From Octopus bimaculoides (taxonomy: Eukaryota), in contig NC_068993.1 of the NCBI RefSeq assembly GCF_001194135.2, forward strand, positions 50,536,065 through 50,575,044: a stretch of DNA of 38,980 nucleotides, read 5' to 3'. How positions within the stretch are numbered: the stretch's first letter is position 1; every line of letters begins with the position of its first letter. Under the pieces are notes generated by a model. It saw only the letters and a program-made list of their open reading frames with translations. It searched no databases and was not told the origin of the DNA. Below, piece after piece: positions 1 through 12,360 of this stretch. A program made the translations under genes and the position numbers.

Positions 1-4
1 TGTG

Positions 5-36
<32 letters not shown>

Positions 37-73
37 ATATATATATATATGCATCTTGTGTATATATATATAT

Positions 74-148
<75 letters not shown>

Positions 149-160
149 ATATATATATAT
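1..160. repeat. (TA)n microsatellite
   Basis: Near-pure TA dinucleotide run with occasional TAA interruptions. Confidence 0.98.
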
Positions 161-1092
161 GTCCCCTCACATATACCCATAATGTGTATAAGGGTGTATA
201 TATGGATATGTATAGATGAGAATGTTTTTATCCTCATTGTTACTGTTGTGGCTATAGACTTGTAGTCTTCTTGAAAGTCTACCATTTTAACTCTATTGCC
301 ATTACATTGGGAACTTTACCCCCTCACCGTGAGTATATAGTAGAATTAAGAAATGTGTGGCTGCGCGCATGCATGTGTATATACACACACGCACGCATGA
401 GCGTGAGTACAGGGAGATATACATAGCATGTGTGTGTGTGTGGGGGGATGTGCGCAGGCAGGCTAGCATCTTGACCGACCAGTGGCTATCCAACCGTAGC
501 TAAGCGTAGGCAGTTTAAAACAATAGTTGCCCAATTGGAAGGAGGGAAGTTAACGGTAGTAATTAACCCTCCCCCACTAGCAGGAGAATGGTAGAGCCGT
601 TGGAAGAAGCAACAGGATATCTTTCACCGTTAAGTTTGAAAGTTTGGCATATTATTGTTGTTGTTGTCACCATCACTGTTAGTGCTACTAGAACATTAAT
701 AACTTGTATAAAATGAACTTCTACATAGAACCTTCCAATATATATAGGAATGACACACACACACTCAACAAAACTTCCTTTCTAAAAAACACTTACAGCT
801 TCCTAGATACGGCTAATAGCGCTGATGCCACAAACAACGTATGTGGTGGAATGTTTGCTTATAAAAACTTGTATATGCACACATGGGAGTAAGGGGACAT
901 CTTTGTGTGCCTTGTATTTTTAAGGGTTTTTTGACATATATCTTTCTTATATTTTTGCATGTCCCACATGCTATACCTTCATTTTTCATTTATGTATTCT
1001 TTATTATTATTATTATTATTTTCCTGCTGTACCCTTATTTTTATTTTTATTTTGATTTTAATTCTACTTTTTATTTTTATTTCTATCTTATT

Positions 1093-1650
1093 NNNNNNNN
1101 NNNNNNNNNNNNNNNNNNNNNNNNNNNNNNNNNNNNNNNNNNNNNNNNNNNNNNNNNNNNNNNNNNNNNNNNNNNNNNNNNNNNNNNNNNNNNNNNNNNN
1201 NNNNNNNNNNNNNNNNNNNNNNNNNNNNNNNNNNNNNNNNNNNNNNNNNNNNNNNNNNNNNNNNNNNNNNNNNNNNNNNNNNNNNNNNNNNNNNNNNNNN
1301 NNNNNNNNNNNNNNNNNNNNNNNNNNNNNNNNNNNNNNNNNNNNNNNNNNNNNNNNNNNNNNNNNNNNNNNNNNNNNNNNNNNNNNNNNNNNNNNNNNNN
1401 NNNNNNNNNNNNNNNNNNNNNNNNNNNNNNNNNNNNNNNNNNNNNNNNNNNNNNNNNNNNNNNNNNNNNNNNNNNNNNNNNNNNNNNNNNNNNNNNNNNN
1501 NNNNNNNNNNNNNNNNNNNNNNNNNNNNNNNNNNNNNNNNNNNNNNNNNNNNNNNNNNNNNNNNNNNNNNNNNNNNNNNNNNNNNNNNNNNNNNNNNNNN
1601 NNNNNNNNNNNNNNNNNNNNNNNNNNNNNNNNNNNNNNNNNNNNNNNNNN
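1093..1650. other. Assembly gap. Other N runs at about 2928-3180, 5332-5380, 14187-15028, 16704-16713, 21943-22184, 22983-23216, 24223-24880, 25419-25428, 26290-26528, 28919-29034, 29649-29658, 32244-32565, 33453-33717, 35514-36126
   Basis: Runs of N, most abutting microsatellites or low-complexity tracts, typical of a short-read scaffold. Confidence 0.99.
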
Positions 1651-2064
1651 NTATATATATATATATGTATGTATGTATATATTCATGGCCAGCAGTTTTA
1701 AGTACAACCATCAACACTTTGGTAAGTGAACCAATTATGTGTGGCAGCAATCTTATAAATGCCACTATGCTATGTAATAGAACTTCAGACTGCCAACACT
1801 AATGATAAAGTCAATTACCTTATCTATTGGAAAACTCATTAAAAAGTCACTCATTAAGTTGAAATATGGAAAGTAAAAAACAAAACAAAACAAAACAAAA
1901 ACACTGAGAAATGCAAAAAAAAAAATCATTTAATTTAGCTCACTAACAGTTTTCTTTGAAATTCTGAAAATTTGGTATTTTTACAAAGTTTTAGCTGAAT
2001 GATGTCATTGATGGTGATGATGAACTGGTTAGAAATTTGATATTAATAAAAGCACAAACATGAA

Positions 2065-2220
2065 ACTGGCTGCATAGGAAGAAGTTTGCTTCTCATCCAC
2101 ATGGTTCTTGGTTCAGTCCTACTGCATGGCAAGCACCATCAAACATCTACTATGGCCCTGGGCGAGCTTAAAGCTTCATGTGCGTGGATGTGGTAGATGG
2201 AAACTGAAAGAATCCCGTCA
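2065..2220 (+). mobile_element. SINE family A, degenerate 5' half
   Basis: Matches the head and core of the intact copy at 27252 (ccacatggttcttggttcagtcctactgc...gtagatggaaactgaaagaatcccgtc). Confidence 0.75.
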
Positions 2221-3180
2221 CATATTCATCTCTTCAAACCAATTAAAACGTTTTTATTTCTTTCAATTGTTCCATGGCAGATAAAATACTAAATGATAAG
2301 AAATGAAAAGACATGCAGTCATCGTGTATGTCATATGCTTAGAAGTGTAGTGGTGCCTAATACCAGTTGCCATTTTCGAGAGTTTATCCACGCATGCGCA
2401 GAGACTAGTCTTCTGGAAGGAATGCAGGAAGTCCTTCATGCACATGCGTGGTCATCCAACATCCAAGCATTCCCATGTCTCTCTGCCTTTTTTGCTCGCT
2501 GGACTTCATGGAAGCTGGACGTCGCAATAGCAGCTCTCCGTCAACTTTAGAATGGATCCACATAGATAACCAGAGAGGAGAAAAATGACTTCCAGCCACG
2601 TGACTTCAAGACGACATCTCATCTAACCCAAAGGCGACATGCTACCGAATCCCCTCCTTGTGTGAGCGGGTTTCTGCCGTAATAAAATATTTGTTGTGCT
2701 GTTTAGTTTAGAGTCTGCATTCCATTTTCTTCCTTAAGAAATTTAATGTAAGGAATTGGAATACATAGGATGGTGTATGTCCACTTCCCCTACAGAACAC
2801 AACTATTTAGAAATTGCCAACTTTTGACTTTTTAAAGTGGAAATAAACACAAATTTTAAACACATAATGATTTATTCAACCAATGATATAATTATTGTTT
2901 CATTCCAGTATTTCCTATCATCTTTTGNNNNNNNNNNNNNNNNNNNNNNNNNNNNNNNNNNNNNNNNNNNNNNNNNNNNNNNNNNNNNNNNNNNNNNNNN
3001 NNNNNNNNNNNNNNNNNNNNNNNNNNNNNNNNNNNNNNNNNNNNNNNNNNNNNNNNNNNNNNNNNNNNNNNNNNNNNNNNNNNNNNNNNNNNNNNNNNNN
3101 NNNNNNNNNNNNNNNNNNNNNNNNNNNNNNNNNNNNNNNNNNNNNNNNNNNNNNNNNNNNNNNNNNNNNNNNNNNNNNNN

Positions 3181-3307
3181 AAGTGCTGGATGCTTCTGGT
3201 GGATCACTGTTTAACTTATCCACCAGGTCACAGTACACATCCAAAATGATGGTCCTGTCCATGGGAAGGCATTCGTAAAAGAAAACACCCTCCCAATCAC
3301 ACCAAAG
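3181..3307 (-). pseudogene. Tc1/mariner transposase relic (DDD catalytic domain fragment, frameshifted)
   Basis: Minus strand reads LWCDWEGVFFYECLPMDRTIILDVYCDLVDKLN, then after a frameshift IHQKHPAL. This follows the mariner pattern ...VWWDxxGVxYYELLPxxxTINSxxYCxQLxKLxxAIxxKRPxL. Truncated by the N gap. Confidence 0.8.
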
Positions 3308-3429
3308 CTGGAAAAAATTCGACTGATCATTTTGTTTGTTATTTCTAATTTCTTCAGAAAGTTTCAAAAACAAAATACAACTTTGTCTTTTATTTGTTTC
3401 ATTTTACAAGAATCTTTTCTTTTCTCTTG

Positions 3430-3814
3430 GTTTTACTTGTTTCAGTCATCTGACTGCAGCCATGCTGGAGCACCGCCTTTAGTCGAACAAATCAACCCCA
3501 GGACTTATTCTTTGTAAGCCTAGTACTTATTCAATCGGTCTCTTTTGCCGAACTGGCAAGTTTTGGGGATGTAAACACACCAACATTGGTTTGTCAAGCG
3601 ATGGGGATGGAACAAGCACAGACACACAAATACATGCATACATATACATATAAATATATACGACAGGCTTCTTTCAATTTCCATCTACCAAATCCACTCA
3701 GGAGGCTTTGGTCAGCCCAAGGCTGATAGTAGAAAACACCTGCTCAAGGTGCCACGTAGTGGGACTGAACCTGGAACTATGTGGTAAGGAAGTAAGCTTC
3801 TTACCACACAGCCA
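3430..3814 (-). mobile_element. SINE family A, near full length
   Basis: tRNA-like head (revcomp tggctgtgtggtaag...ggttcagtccc), internal TA/CA tract, 3' end ...gactgaaacaagtaaaa; collinear with 27252-27649. Confidence 0.92.
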
Positions 3815-4234
3815 GGTAAACCTTAGTCTTTTTTCATCCTGTGTATTTTGTTTGTTATTTTCCTGAGGTTGGGTAATATTCTTCTCTTGAAGAAATGGTA
3901 ACTCTTTATTTCTTTTCATGGTTTTATGTTGAGTCTTCAATTTTTTTTGAGATTATTTCAGTTTTTCTTTTTTATTTTCCTTTCGTGTTTTCATCAACAG
4001 TTTGCAGATTTTCAGCTATAACTATTATTTCTTCTTCTTTCCATGTTATAGAAGCATTGCATTCCTTAAAAAAAATTTTGTCGGAATATTGAATACCATA
4101 ATGCCAAACCTATTTTCCATTGACCTCCCTGTAATGTGGAAGTCAATGGGAAAATGGCTTTTGCATTACAGAATTTCACGAGAAAGCAAGATTTTTCAGA
4201 AATGCAATACTTTCAAGATACCCCCTCCCCCACC

Positions 4235-4460
4235 ACACAGAGGCATGGTGAGGATGCATACACACAGAGGAATTGTGAGGGTGCATACACACATGCATGT
4301 GTATCCATACACACACACACACACAGGCATGGTGAGGGTGCATACACACATGCATATGTATCCATACACACACGCACACACATACAGAAAGGCATGGTGA
4401 AGGTACATACACACATGCATGTGTATCCACACACACACACATGCATGTGTATCCATACAT
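4235..4460. repeat. Minisatellite, about 55-65 bp unit (ggcatggtgagggtgcatacacacatgcatgtgtatccatacacac), about 4 copies
   Basis: Unit visibly repeated at about 4241, 4327 and 4390, with partial copies. Confidence 0.85.
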
Positions 4461-4817
4461 ACACACATACATAAATACATGCATGCACCCACACATACAC
4501 TGTCATATTCACATACACACACATATACATATACACATGCATGTGTATGCACACACATACACATGCATAGGTGCACAAACACAAACACAAACACATCCAC
4601 TTGCACATACATAAAAAGAAGCATGCATACACATATATGTACACATACTCACACATGTTCCCTTCTTGAGTTTTCTTCTTCTCACGAAAACATTCTTCCA
4701 TGACAGTAATGTTGGAAGAACTTTTGGCCACTTTCTTCCTAAATATCAATTTAATTCTGACTTTTCTAAATCCCTTTATCACTTTCTGAAACCTAATCGT
4801 GAACTGAAGTGGAATTG

Positions 4818-5190
4818 TCATCATCATCATCATCATCATCGTTTAACGTCCGCTTTCCATAATAGCATGGGTTGGACAATTTGACTGAGGACTGGCAAAC
4901 CAGATGGCTGCACCAAGCTCCAATCTGATCTGGCAGAGTTTCTACAGCTGGATGCCCTTCCTAACGCCAACCACTCCAAGAGTGTAGTGGGTGCTTTTAC
5001 GTGCCACCGGCATGAGGGCCAGTCAGGCAGTACTGGTAACAGCCATGCTCAAATGGTGTTTTTTTTACTTGCCACCTGCACAGGGGCCAGTCCAGCGGCA
5101 CTAGCAACAACCTCACTCGGATGTTTTTTCATGTGCCAGTAAGGTAACGCTGGTAACGATCACACTCAAATGGTGCTTTTTACGTGCCAA
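4818..5190 (-). mobile_element. SINE-like family C with (GAT)n tail and internal about 67-bp tandem modules
   Basis: Reverse complement of the element at 22304-22752; includes ggaagggcatccagctgtagaaac and the ...gttaaacgatgatgat tail. Confidence 0.9.
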
Positions 5191-5785
5191 GTTCTCTGCT
5201 TACCACAAAAAGAAAAAAAAGAAATCCTTTTAAATGAGAAAAATGAAAATCCCTTCAAAGAGTGCCCATGGCAACTGGCTGACCCACTATTACCAATCCC
5301 CACTTTTACCAAATAAGAAAAAAAAAAAAATNNNNNNNNNNNNNNNNNNNNNNNNNNNNNNNNNNNNNNNNNNNNNNNNNAAATCCAAATATCTAAAAAA
5401 TGAAATTCAGCTTTGAAAAGTAATTACAAAAAAGGAAATGGTGTATATGCTTTAAGTATCATATACTGATAGCTATTGTAATCTAATGCTGTTTCAGTTG
5501 CATACATTGTGTTTATTTCAGCCTCACAAACTTTCCACACGTAATGACATTTACGCAGCCTAAATTAAACTAAACTAAACTAAGAGTTATGCTTAATGAT
5601 AAATACTTATAATTAAGTTATAAGTAACGAGATTATCATTATAGCTTTTAATTAATAAACAATAATATTTGTTATAACTTACGAATGAAAACATTGTAAG
5701 TAAAGATATAGTATATCTCACACTTCAACGACCTGTTGTTGTGATAAACAACCAACTGGTGTCCGACTTGTTATACACATGAAAC

Positions 5786-6645
5786 TGCAATGAGGAGGGA
5801 ACTAAGCTGCTGGAGTTCTGTGATGCAAATGATCTTAGGATCTGTAATAATACTAACTTCAGGAAACCTGCCAGTCACCTCCTTACCTACCGGTCTAGTG
5901 GGCACACTAATCACATTGACTACATTCTCACTAGGAAACAGGAAAGGTGGCTGCTTATAAATGCCAAAACTTTCCCAGATGAAGAATGCACCCCACAACA
6001 TAGGTTAGTAGTTAGTGACTTCCTGATCAGGGCTAAATGGCTGCCCAGAAGACGACCAGTATGGAAAAGAAGGGTCTGGAAGCTTAAGGATCCTCTGAAT
6101 GGACAGAGATTTAGAGACATATTACTGGAAGCTTTTGATGGAAAAGAGGAGAATATAGCAGCACATACTATTGAGGGCAACCTGTGGTTGGTGCAAAGTT
6201 TCCTGTCGACCTAAAGTGACATGGTGGTGGAACGATGTAGGTGACAGGGCCATTAAGGAAAAAAACAGTATTGGAAGTGTGGTGGTAGTAGGGAACTGTA
6301 TCAGATAACCAGAAGGGAAGCTAGGAGACAGGTTTACTTAGCCAGAGGGGATGCAGAAAAGAAGAGATTTACCAATGTTCTGCATTGTGAGGATGAGAGA
6401 CTTGAAGTGTTTCAAACTGCAAGACAGTGTGCCAGAGAAAGTTGTGATGTCATAGGAGAGAAATAGATGATGGCTCCCTTGCATTTAATGATGCTGCAAA
6501 GAAAAAGACTTGGAGGTTCCACTATGAAAGGTTGCTAAATGAAGAGAATAAATGGGAAAAAGTGAGACTACCAAATGTCGACCCAAAAGAGGGACCACCT
6601 ATCCGAATTGACAGTACCTTCAGAGATAAAGCAATTAAGGATATG
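5786..6645 (+). pseudogene. RTE-type LINE ORF relic: AP-endonuclease C-terminus plus linker
   Basis: Open frame CNEEGTKLLEFCDANDLRICNNTNFRKPASHLLTYRSSGHTNHIDYILTRKQERWLLINAKTFPDEECTPQHRLVVSDF (APE motifs IDYIL and xxHxLV). After frameshifts: PKVTWWWND, YQITRREARRQVYLARG, WRFHYERLLNEEN. Contains an in-frame stop and an internal deletion. Confidence 0.9.
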
Positions 6646-6945
6646 ATGAGTGACTATATTTTTAAATAGAATTAATTTTGGATTGATTTATTTTTGAATT
6701 GAATTGATTTTATCTGTTTTAATATAGCCACGAAACGTGCGTAGACAACTTACTACTATTTACTTTTTATGCTTTATTGAAATCTTAGATTAGTATTTTT
6801 ATTGTGAATTTTTTTCTGGATGGTGTCATTGGGGTCTTTCATTGTCTGAATTGTATAATGGTGGTTCTTCTCTAAATTACATTTATATACATATATTATA
6901 TATTGTGAAATTTAATTTAGTATTACTAAATTGAATTTTCCTGTA
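6646..6945 (+). mobile_element. AT-rich repeat fragment abutting the LINE, possibly a Penelope-like terminal region
   Basis: Abrupt composition switch where the LINE ends; contains gccacGAAACgtgcGTAgacaac, resembling the 3' half of a minimal hammerhead. Assignment is inference. Confidence 0.3.
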
Positions 6946-7619
6946 CGAAAGCATTTCAGCACACAGTTTTGTATGCACTGCTTCTTAAATCAGAACCAAC
7001 TGTAAAATAATGAAGCTAACCATCAACTCCTATTTGGCTGAAGAGTGTAGTAGATATTAGTTTGTGGTGCTGTTTAGTGGGATTGAACTTGCAAAGCCAT
7101 GCCAGCATTTTAATGTTATTTTAAAACAACAAAACACAATTATGTAAAATCTCTAAAGAGCAGAAAAGAATTAACGAACTGTTAATAGGTTCAATATTTA
7201 GTGAATATTAGATGTTAAAATTAGAAATTTGGGAAAGACAAGAGCAACAGGTGTACTGGAGAGACACGAAAAAAACGTTTTGGTTATGTGTGTGTGTGTT
7301 ACCGTAGTGATGTAGTTATTTTTGTGCAAAGTATTATGACAGGTTGAAACTGTGTACTTGTGTTAAATCCCAAAGTCAAATGTTTACACAGTTTACTAGG
7401 AAAGTCTAATGTTTGCAAATACAGAGGAAAATACACAAACACACACACACGTGCATACAGTCACATACACACTCACACATATGCATGCTCTAGAGTAAGA
7501 AAATGTCTCACACCTTCGGATATCTTTCCCTCTCACACACATTCTTGGATATTTTCTCTATTATAATCTATTGTACATACAAAACACAAGCGTATTCAGG
7601 AACACACATTACATATTCA

Positions 7620-7746
7620 AACACACACACACACATATATATGCATACATATACATATGTATATATCTCTATATATATATATCATATACATATATATGCA
7701 TATATATAAATACATACACACACACATATATGTATATATATATATA

Positions 7747-7824
<78 letters not shown>

Positions 7825-7910
7825 TATACACACACTTATATGTACGTATCTATAAATTGTATATAAATATATACATGTGTATCTGTATGTATACACACAT
7901 ACACACAAAT
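7620..7910. repeat. Compound (CA)n/(TA)n microsatellite
   Basis: Dinucleotide runs directly visible. Confidence 0.97.
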
Positions 7911-9447
7911 ATGTTCGAAAACCTGAAAACACTTTAGAACTTATTTGAATGCTTTCCTTTCCATGAGTAAATATTTAACTTCTTACAGTTTCATCTAAGA
8001 TCATACAGTTACAGTTTCTGGTCCCTTTTCATAAGCATTCCTCAGATGAAGCTGACTGGCTGGCTGGCTGGCTGGTGAAGTAAACTACATTTTCACTCCT
8101 TTTTTTAGCAGCATTTGTTGGGTTACATTTTTTGGCTCCTGGCTTTGAACACAACCTGCTGGTCTACAAACTACACAGTTGTTTACTTTAATCTGTATCA
8201 ACACTTCTTAATATTAGTAAAGACTTATTTGTTCTCATGTCAACATTGAGAGATTAGTTCTGACTTTTCATCTAAGATGTCTGTTGTTTGATGATGATGA
8301 AGTACTCCGCATTATTGCAGAGGCTACAGAAATTTGCATAAATGGTGTATGTATCATAGAAGTTCATTAAAAATCAGCTAATATTAAAATTGTCGATACC
8401 ATGATCTTTTAAGTGTTACTCACACACACACACACATATATATATAGCTCATCTGGTGGTATTTTGTTTGTCTACATGTCTAAAAGTGGACTTATTTTAA
8501 GTGCTGTCTCTTGAACACATCATACATTCCAGTAGATGATTTAGGAATGTGTACCTTCGGCAACTGAGTCAGTAGCTCAATCAGTAAAGGATTAGGCTTC
8601 ATATTAATTTCTGAGGGAAAACAGCTCTGACTTTTGACTAATGCAGTTATCTCCCTTACTACCTTGACTCCAGAACTTTGTGTACAAATGTGTAAGGAAG
8701 TGGTTTTAGTATTTTTAGATTTAATCAATTGTTTTGGATACTTTTTCTGTAGCAGAACACATTTTAACATGTTTAAGGAACCCCCTAATTCTGGAGGCTT
8801 AAAATTTTGGAAAAGGTCTTGTAATGGATTATGATACTATCTATGTATGAGAAACTCCTATATTTTTTAACCTAATTTTTGACAAAAAAAAAAACGGTTC
8901 CTTATGCAACTATAGCATATCTTTAAGTTTTCTCACTTAAATATTTTAAAACAGTTGTTTCTTATGGGAAAATGATTAAAAATCAGTCAGAAAATTCTGG
9001 GCAATATTCAGTTTCACAAGAGGTTGTATGAGGGGTTGAACCAGATTATGTTAGCGTTAAAGATTTTCTACTGATTTTATTTTCATTAGCTTTAAATGGT
9101 TCAGTTTTGAAGATAAGTATCATTTGTTTATTTATTTTTAAAATCTACTGTTCTCCAGTACTTTTTTTTTTTATCTTGGTTTGCATCTCTGTCAAATGTT
9201 GGTTTCTCTCAAGATATACTAAAGACATTACTACTCGTATTGCTGACAAGGATCTTCAAAAATGGTGGTGGTTGTGGTGGTTGTCGATGCACACTTCATT
9301 TTTGTTTTGATTTCTCTACAGCTTGTGTTTACATGTGTTGTGATATAAAGTAATATCTCGGGAGTTACCTCGTATCATATTTGTAGATAGGGTTACATTA
9401 AATCTTAATTCTTTAAATACATGCACACACACATGAAAATACATATC

Positions 9448-9481
<34 letters not shown>

Positions 9482-11956
9482 CCCACCATCCGCAGCAGGT
9501 CTCCAAGGTGTACAGCCTCTATTTGCTACTACCACCGAGATCTGCACCCGCGGTCGGCATTTATATGTGTGTGTGTACAAACATACATTTATAACAAGAG
9601 AAAGAGTGTGAGTGAGGGAAATGAGAGAGAGAGACATTTATGAGATTTGTAAAACTGTTGTATCATTGTAGATCGTTGTACTTATATATCATAGTTATAT
9701 AAAGTCCACTAGTAAGTTTTAACCCATAATTCTTGACTATCTGTAAAGAGAGAGAGAGAGAGGTAGTAGACAAAAGAAACAAGCAGGTGTTGTTTGAGAT
9801 CTGATAATTAACATGGAAGATAACTCCAGTACCATAAACAACATTTTTGGAGAAAAAAAAGATGATGGAAATAAGCACGAATCTTGTCTTTAAAATCAAC
9901 TGGTGAGTTTTTTTTTATTAACGTGAATTTCATTCTCCTAGACGTATGTTACTAAAATAACACCAGGCTCTTCTAGTATGGTCCCTGGTTTATAATCATT
10001 GATGATGATCTAACCATGATATGTGTTATACTGGAATAAATTTTACCTGTAGCAATCATCTATGACTTGTAGCAGGCATCTGTGATAAGATACATGTAAT
10101 CAATGTCCACATGTTTGTATACATGCATAATGGGTGCTGCCTTCTCAAGGACAACCACCAAAAGTTATCAGAGAAAGGTGGTGTGGTTAGATGGATGGGC
10201 AAGTGTGATATTCTCAATTGAACTAAACAAAATAATCAAATTCTTGAAAAGATATAAAAAACACAAATTGAGAGAGGGGGTGACTGAAGGAATGATAGGA
10301 GAGAGGAGGAAAGAGAGAGAGAAAAGGAGAGAAGAAGAAGAGAAGGGAGAAAAGGAGAGGTAGAAGGGGAGAAAAAGAGTAGGGAGAGAGAGGGAAAGAG
10401 AAGAGAGAAAGCTTATTCTTCTAATTTTGGATATGATGAATAAATCAGACTTAACTCTGCATGTGTGTGTGTACATATAAATGTACTTATGTATGCATAT
10501 TTGTATGTATGTATATTCATTGATAGGAATAGCTGTTAGGAACTGCGAAATATATTACTGGGGTGCCAGCGGTGCTGATTTCCTGTACTAAAATCTACTT
10601 TGGGCTTAATGACTGAAAAAAGTGTCTACTATTCAAACTAGTTTATCTGAGTTAATTAGAAGCATAAGAAAATTAGCTCTAACTGCAATCTCAGCAATGG
10701 CATCCAATTGCTGATGAGGGTTAAGTACATTAAACACTAGAAATGGTGTCCACTAGATCCCTCTTTTACTATCCATGATGAGGTGGTATAGTAGATATGA
10801 TAGACCCTTACAACTGCCTCTTTTAACAAGTAGATTTAATTAATTTATTTAATTTATGAATTCAGTAGAATCAAATTAGAGAATTAAGCTCAGATGGTAC
10901 TTCTGTAATTTATACATCATCTTGTGCTTAGCTTGAAGAACTGGTGAATAAACTTTCTTTGGCAGGGGCAGGAAGAAATTAACTCCAATTTTGAATTTAA
11001 TGGATTGAGGGACTGTGTAAGGATATTGAATTTTTCAGATAAGCAGGGGTCACTTGTGGCCACTGCTGTAAGATGGAACAGATTTGATAATAAACTATTT
11101 AATTTTGTAGTTGGAGACACCTTTGTTCTTTAATCTCCAGATGTATTTCAAAAGTATTGTTGCTGACTTTTTATCTTCATATCTGAATGTGTGTGTATGT
11201 TGAGTATATCTGGTTTTGAATGTGTTACAGGTAAGGCCTACATAGCATTGTGTATTATTGTTTTATCATTTGTGAAAACCTTGATGCATAATGAAATTTT
11301 TCTGAAGGCACATACCACATAAAGAGCATGTACACCTGTTAAGACAGTTTCAAGTGAGCTGAGAAATTATGTGTGGGGGAAGAAACTAATTTCTTCCAAT
11401 TAATTCTCACTAAGAAAAGCAAAAAAAAAAAGCGAGACCAAATTTATCCATGCAGCTGTAACATAATTTGAGCATATAGCTGTAAAATGTATTGATTAAA
11501 GTTAGGAAGGATTTGGCAGTGTTAAATTTCACATTGAAACTGAAGGCAGATTATACTATATAACTTACATTTTCTTGGCATTTGTAGTATTAGCAGATCT
11601 TTGTGAAGGGATGTATTCAATTCTATCATTGAAGCCATTTCTGTTCAGGACCTTAGTATATGTGCGTTTGAACATTTGTGTGAATTGTCTCTCTATTCAT
11701 TTTCATTTTTCTCACTTCTTTTCTCTTTTCCTTTTTGTGTCGTGTGTCTGTGTACATGTCTGTGTGTGGATTTATGTGTATTCATTGCACGTATACTTGT
11801 AAGTATGCTTGTAATACGTCAGCAAGGGAACAGAGGGAAGTTGTATTCATATCATCTGTTGTCAGTTGATGTGAGTATACGTATATGCACCTTTTTTGTG
11901 TGTTATTATATATACATGTCTGTGTGTTTGTGTGTGTGTGTATATATATATATATA

Positions 11957-12360
11957 TCTTTTATCTTTTACTTGTTTCAATCATTAGATCGTGGCCATGC
12001 TGGGGCACCGCCTTGAAGGGATTATAGTCAAATGTATTGACTCCAGTGCTTTTTTTTTATTTTTAAAGCCTTGTATGTATTCTATCAGTCTCTTTTGCCA
12101 AACTGCTAAGTTATGGGGACATAAACACACCAACATCGGTTGTCAAGCAAGGATGAACACAGACACAAAGACACACACACAGATATATATATATACGGAT
12201 ATACAACAAGCTTCCTTCAGTTTCCATCTGCCAAATCCACTCACAAGGCTTTGGTCGATCTGAGGCTATAGTAGAAGACACTTGCCCAAGGTGCCATGCA
12301 GTGGTACTGAAACCAGAACTGTGTGGATGTGAAGCAAACTTCTTACCACTCAGCCACACC
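11957..12360 (-). mobile_element. SINE family A, full length
   Basis: cttttacttgtttcaatcatt...ccttcagtttccatctgccaaatccactcacaaggctttgg...cttcttaccactcagcca; collinear with other copies. Confidence 0.92.

Noticed and set aside
4666-4884. Protein-looking ORFs on both strands (FFHDSNVGRTFGHFLPKY...)
   Set aside because: No recognisable motif, weak splice signals, and the frame runs into a SINE tail.
9903-9941. GTGAGT...ctcctag mini-intron
   Set aside because: 39 nt is shorter than usual metazoan introns, and flanking frames do not give a coherent coding join. The sites could still be used separately.
10710-10752. CTGATGAG...GAAA...GTC as a hammerhead
   Set aside because: Stem II does not close next to GAAA and no stem I pairing exists.
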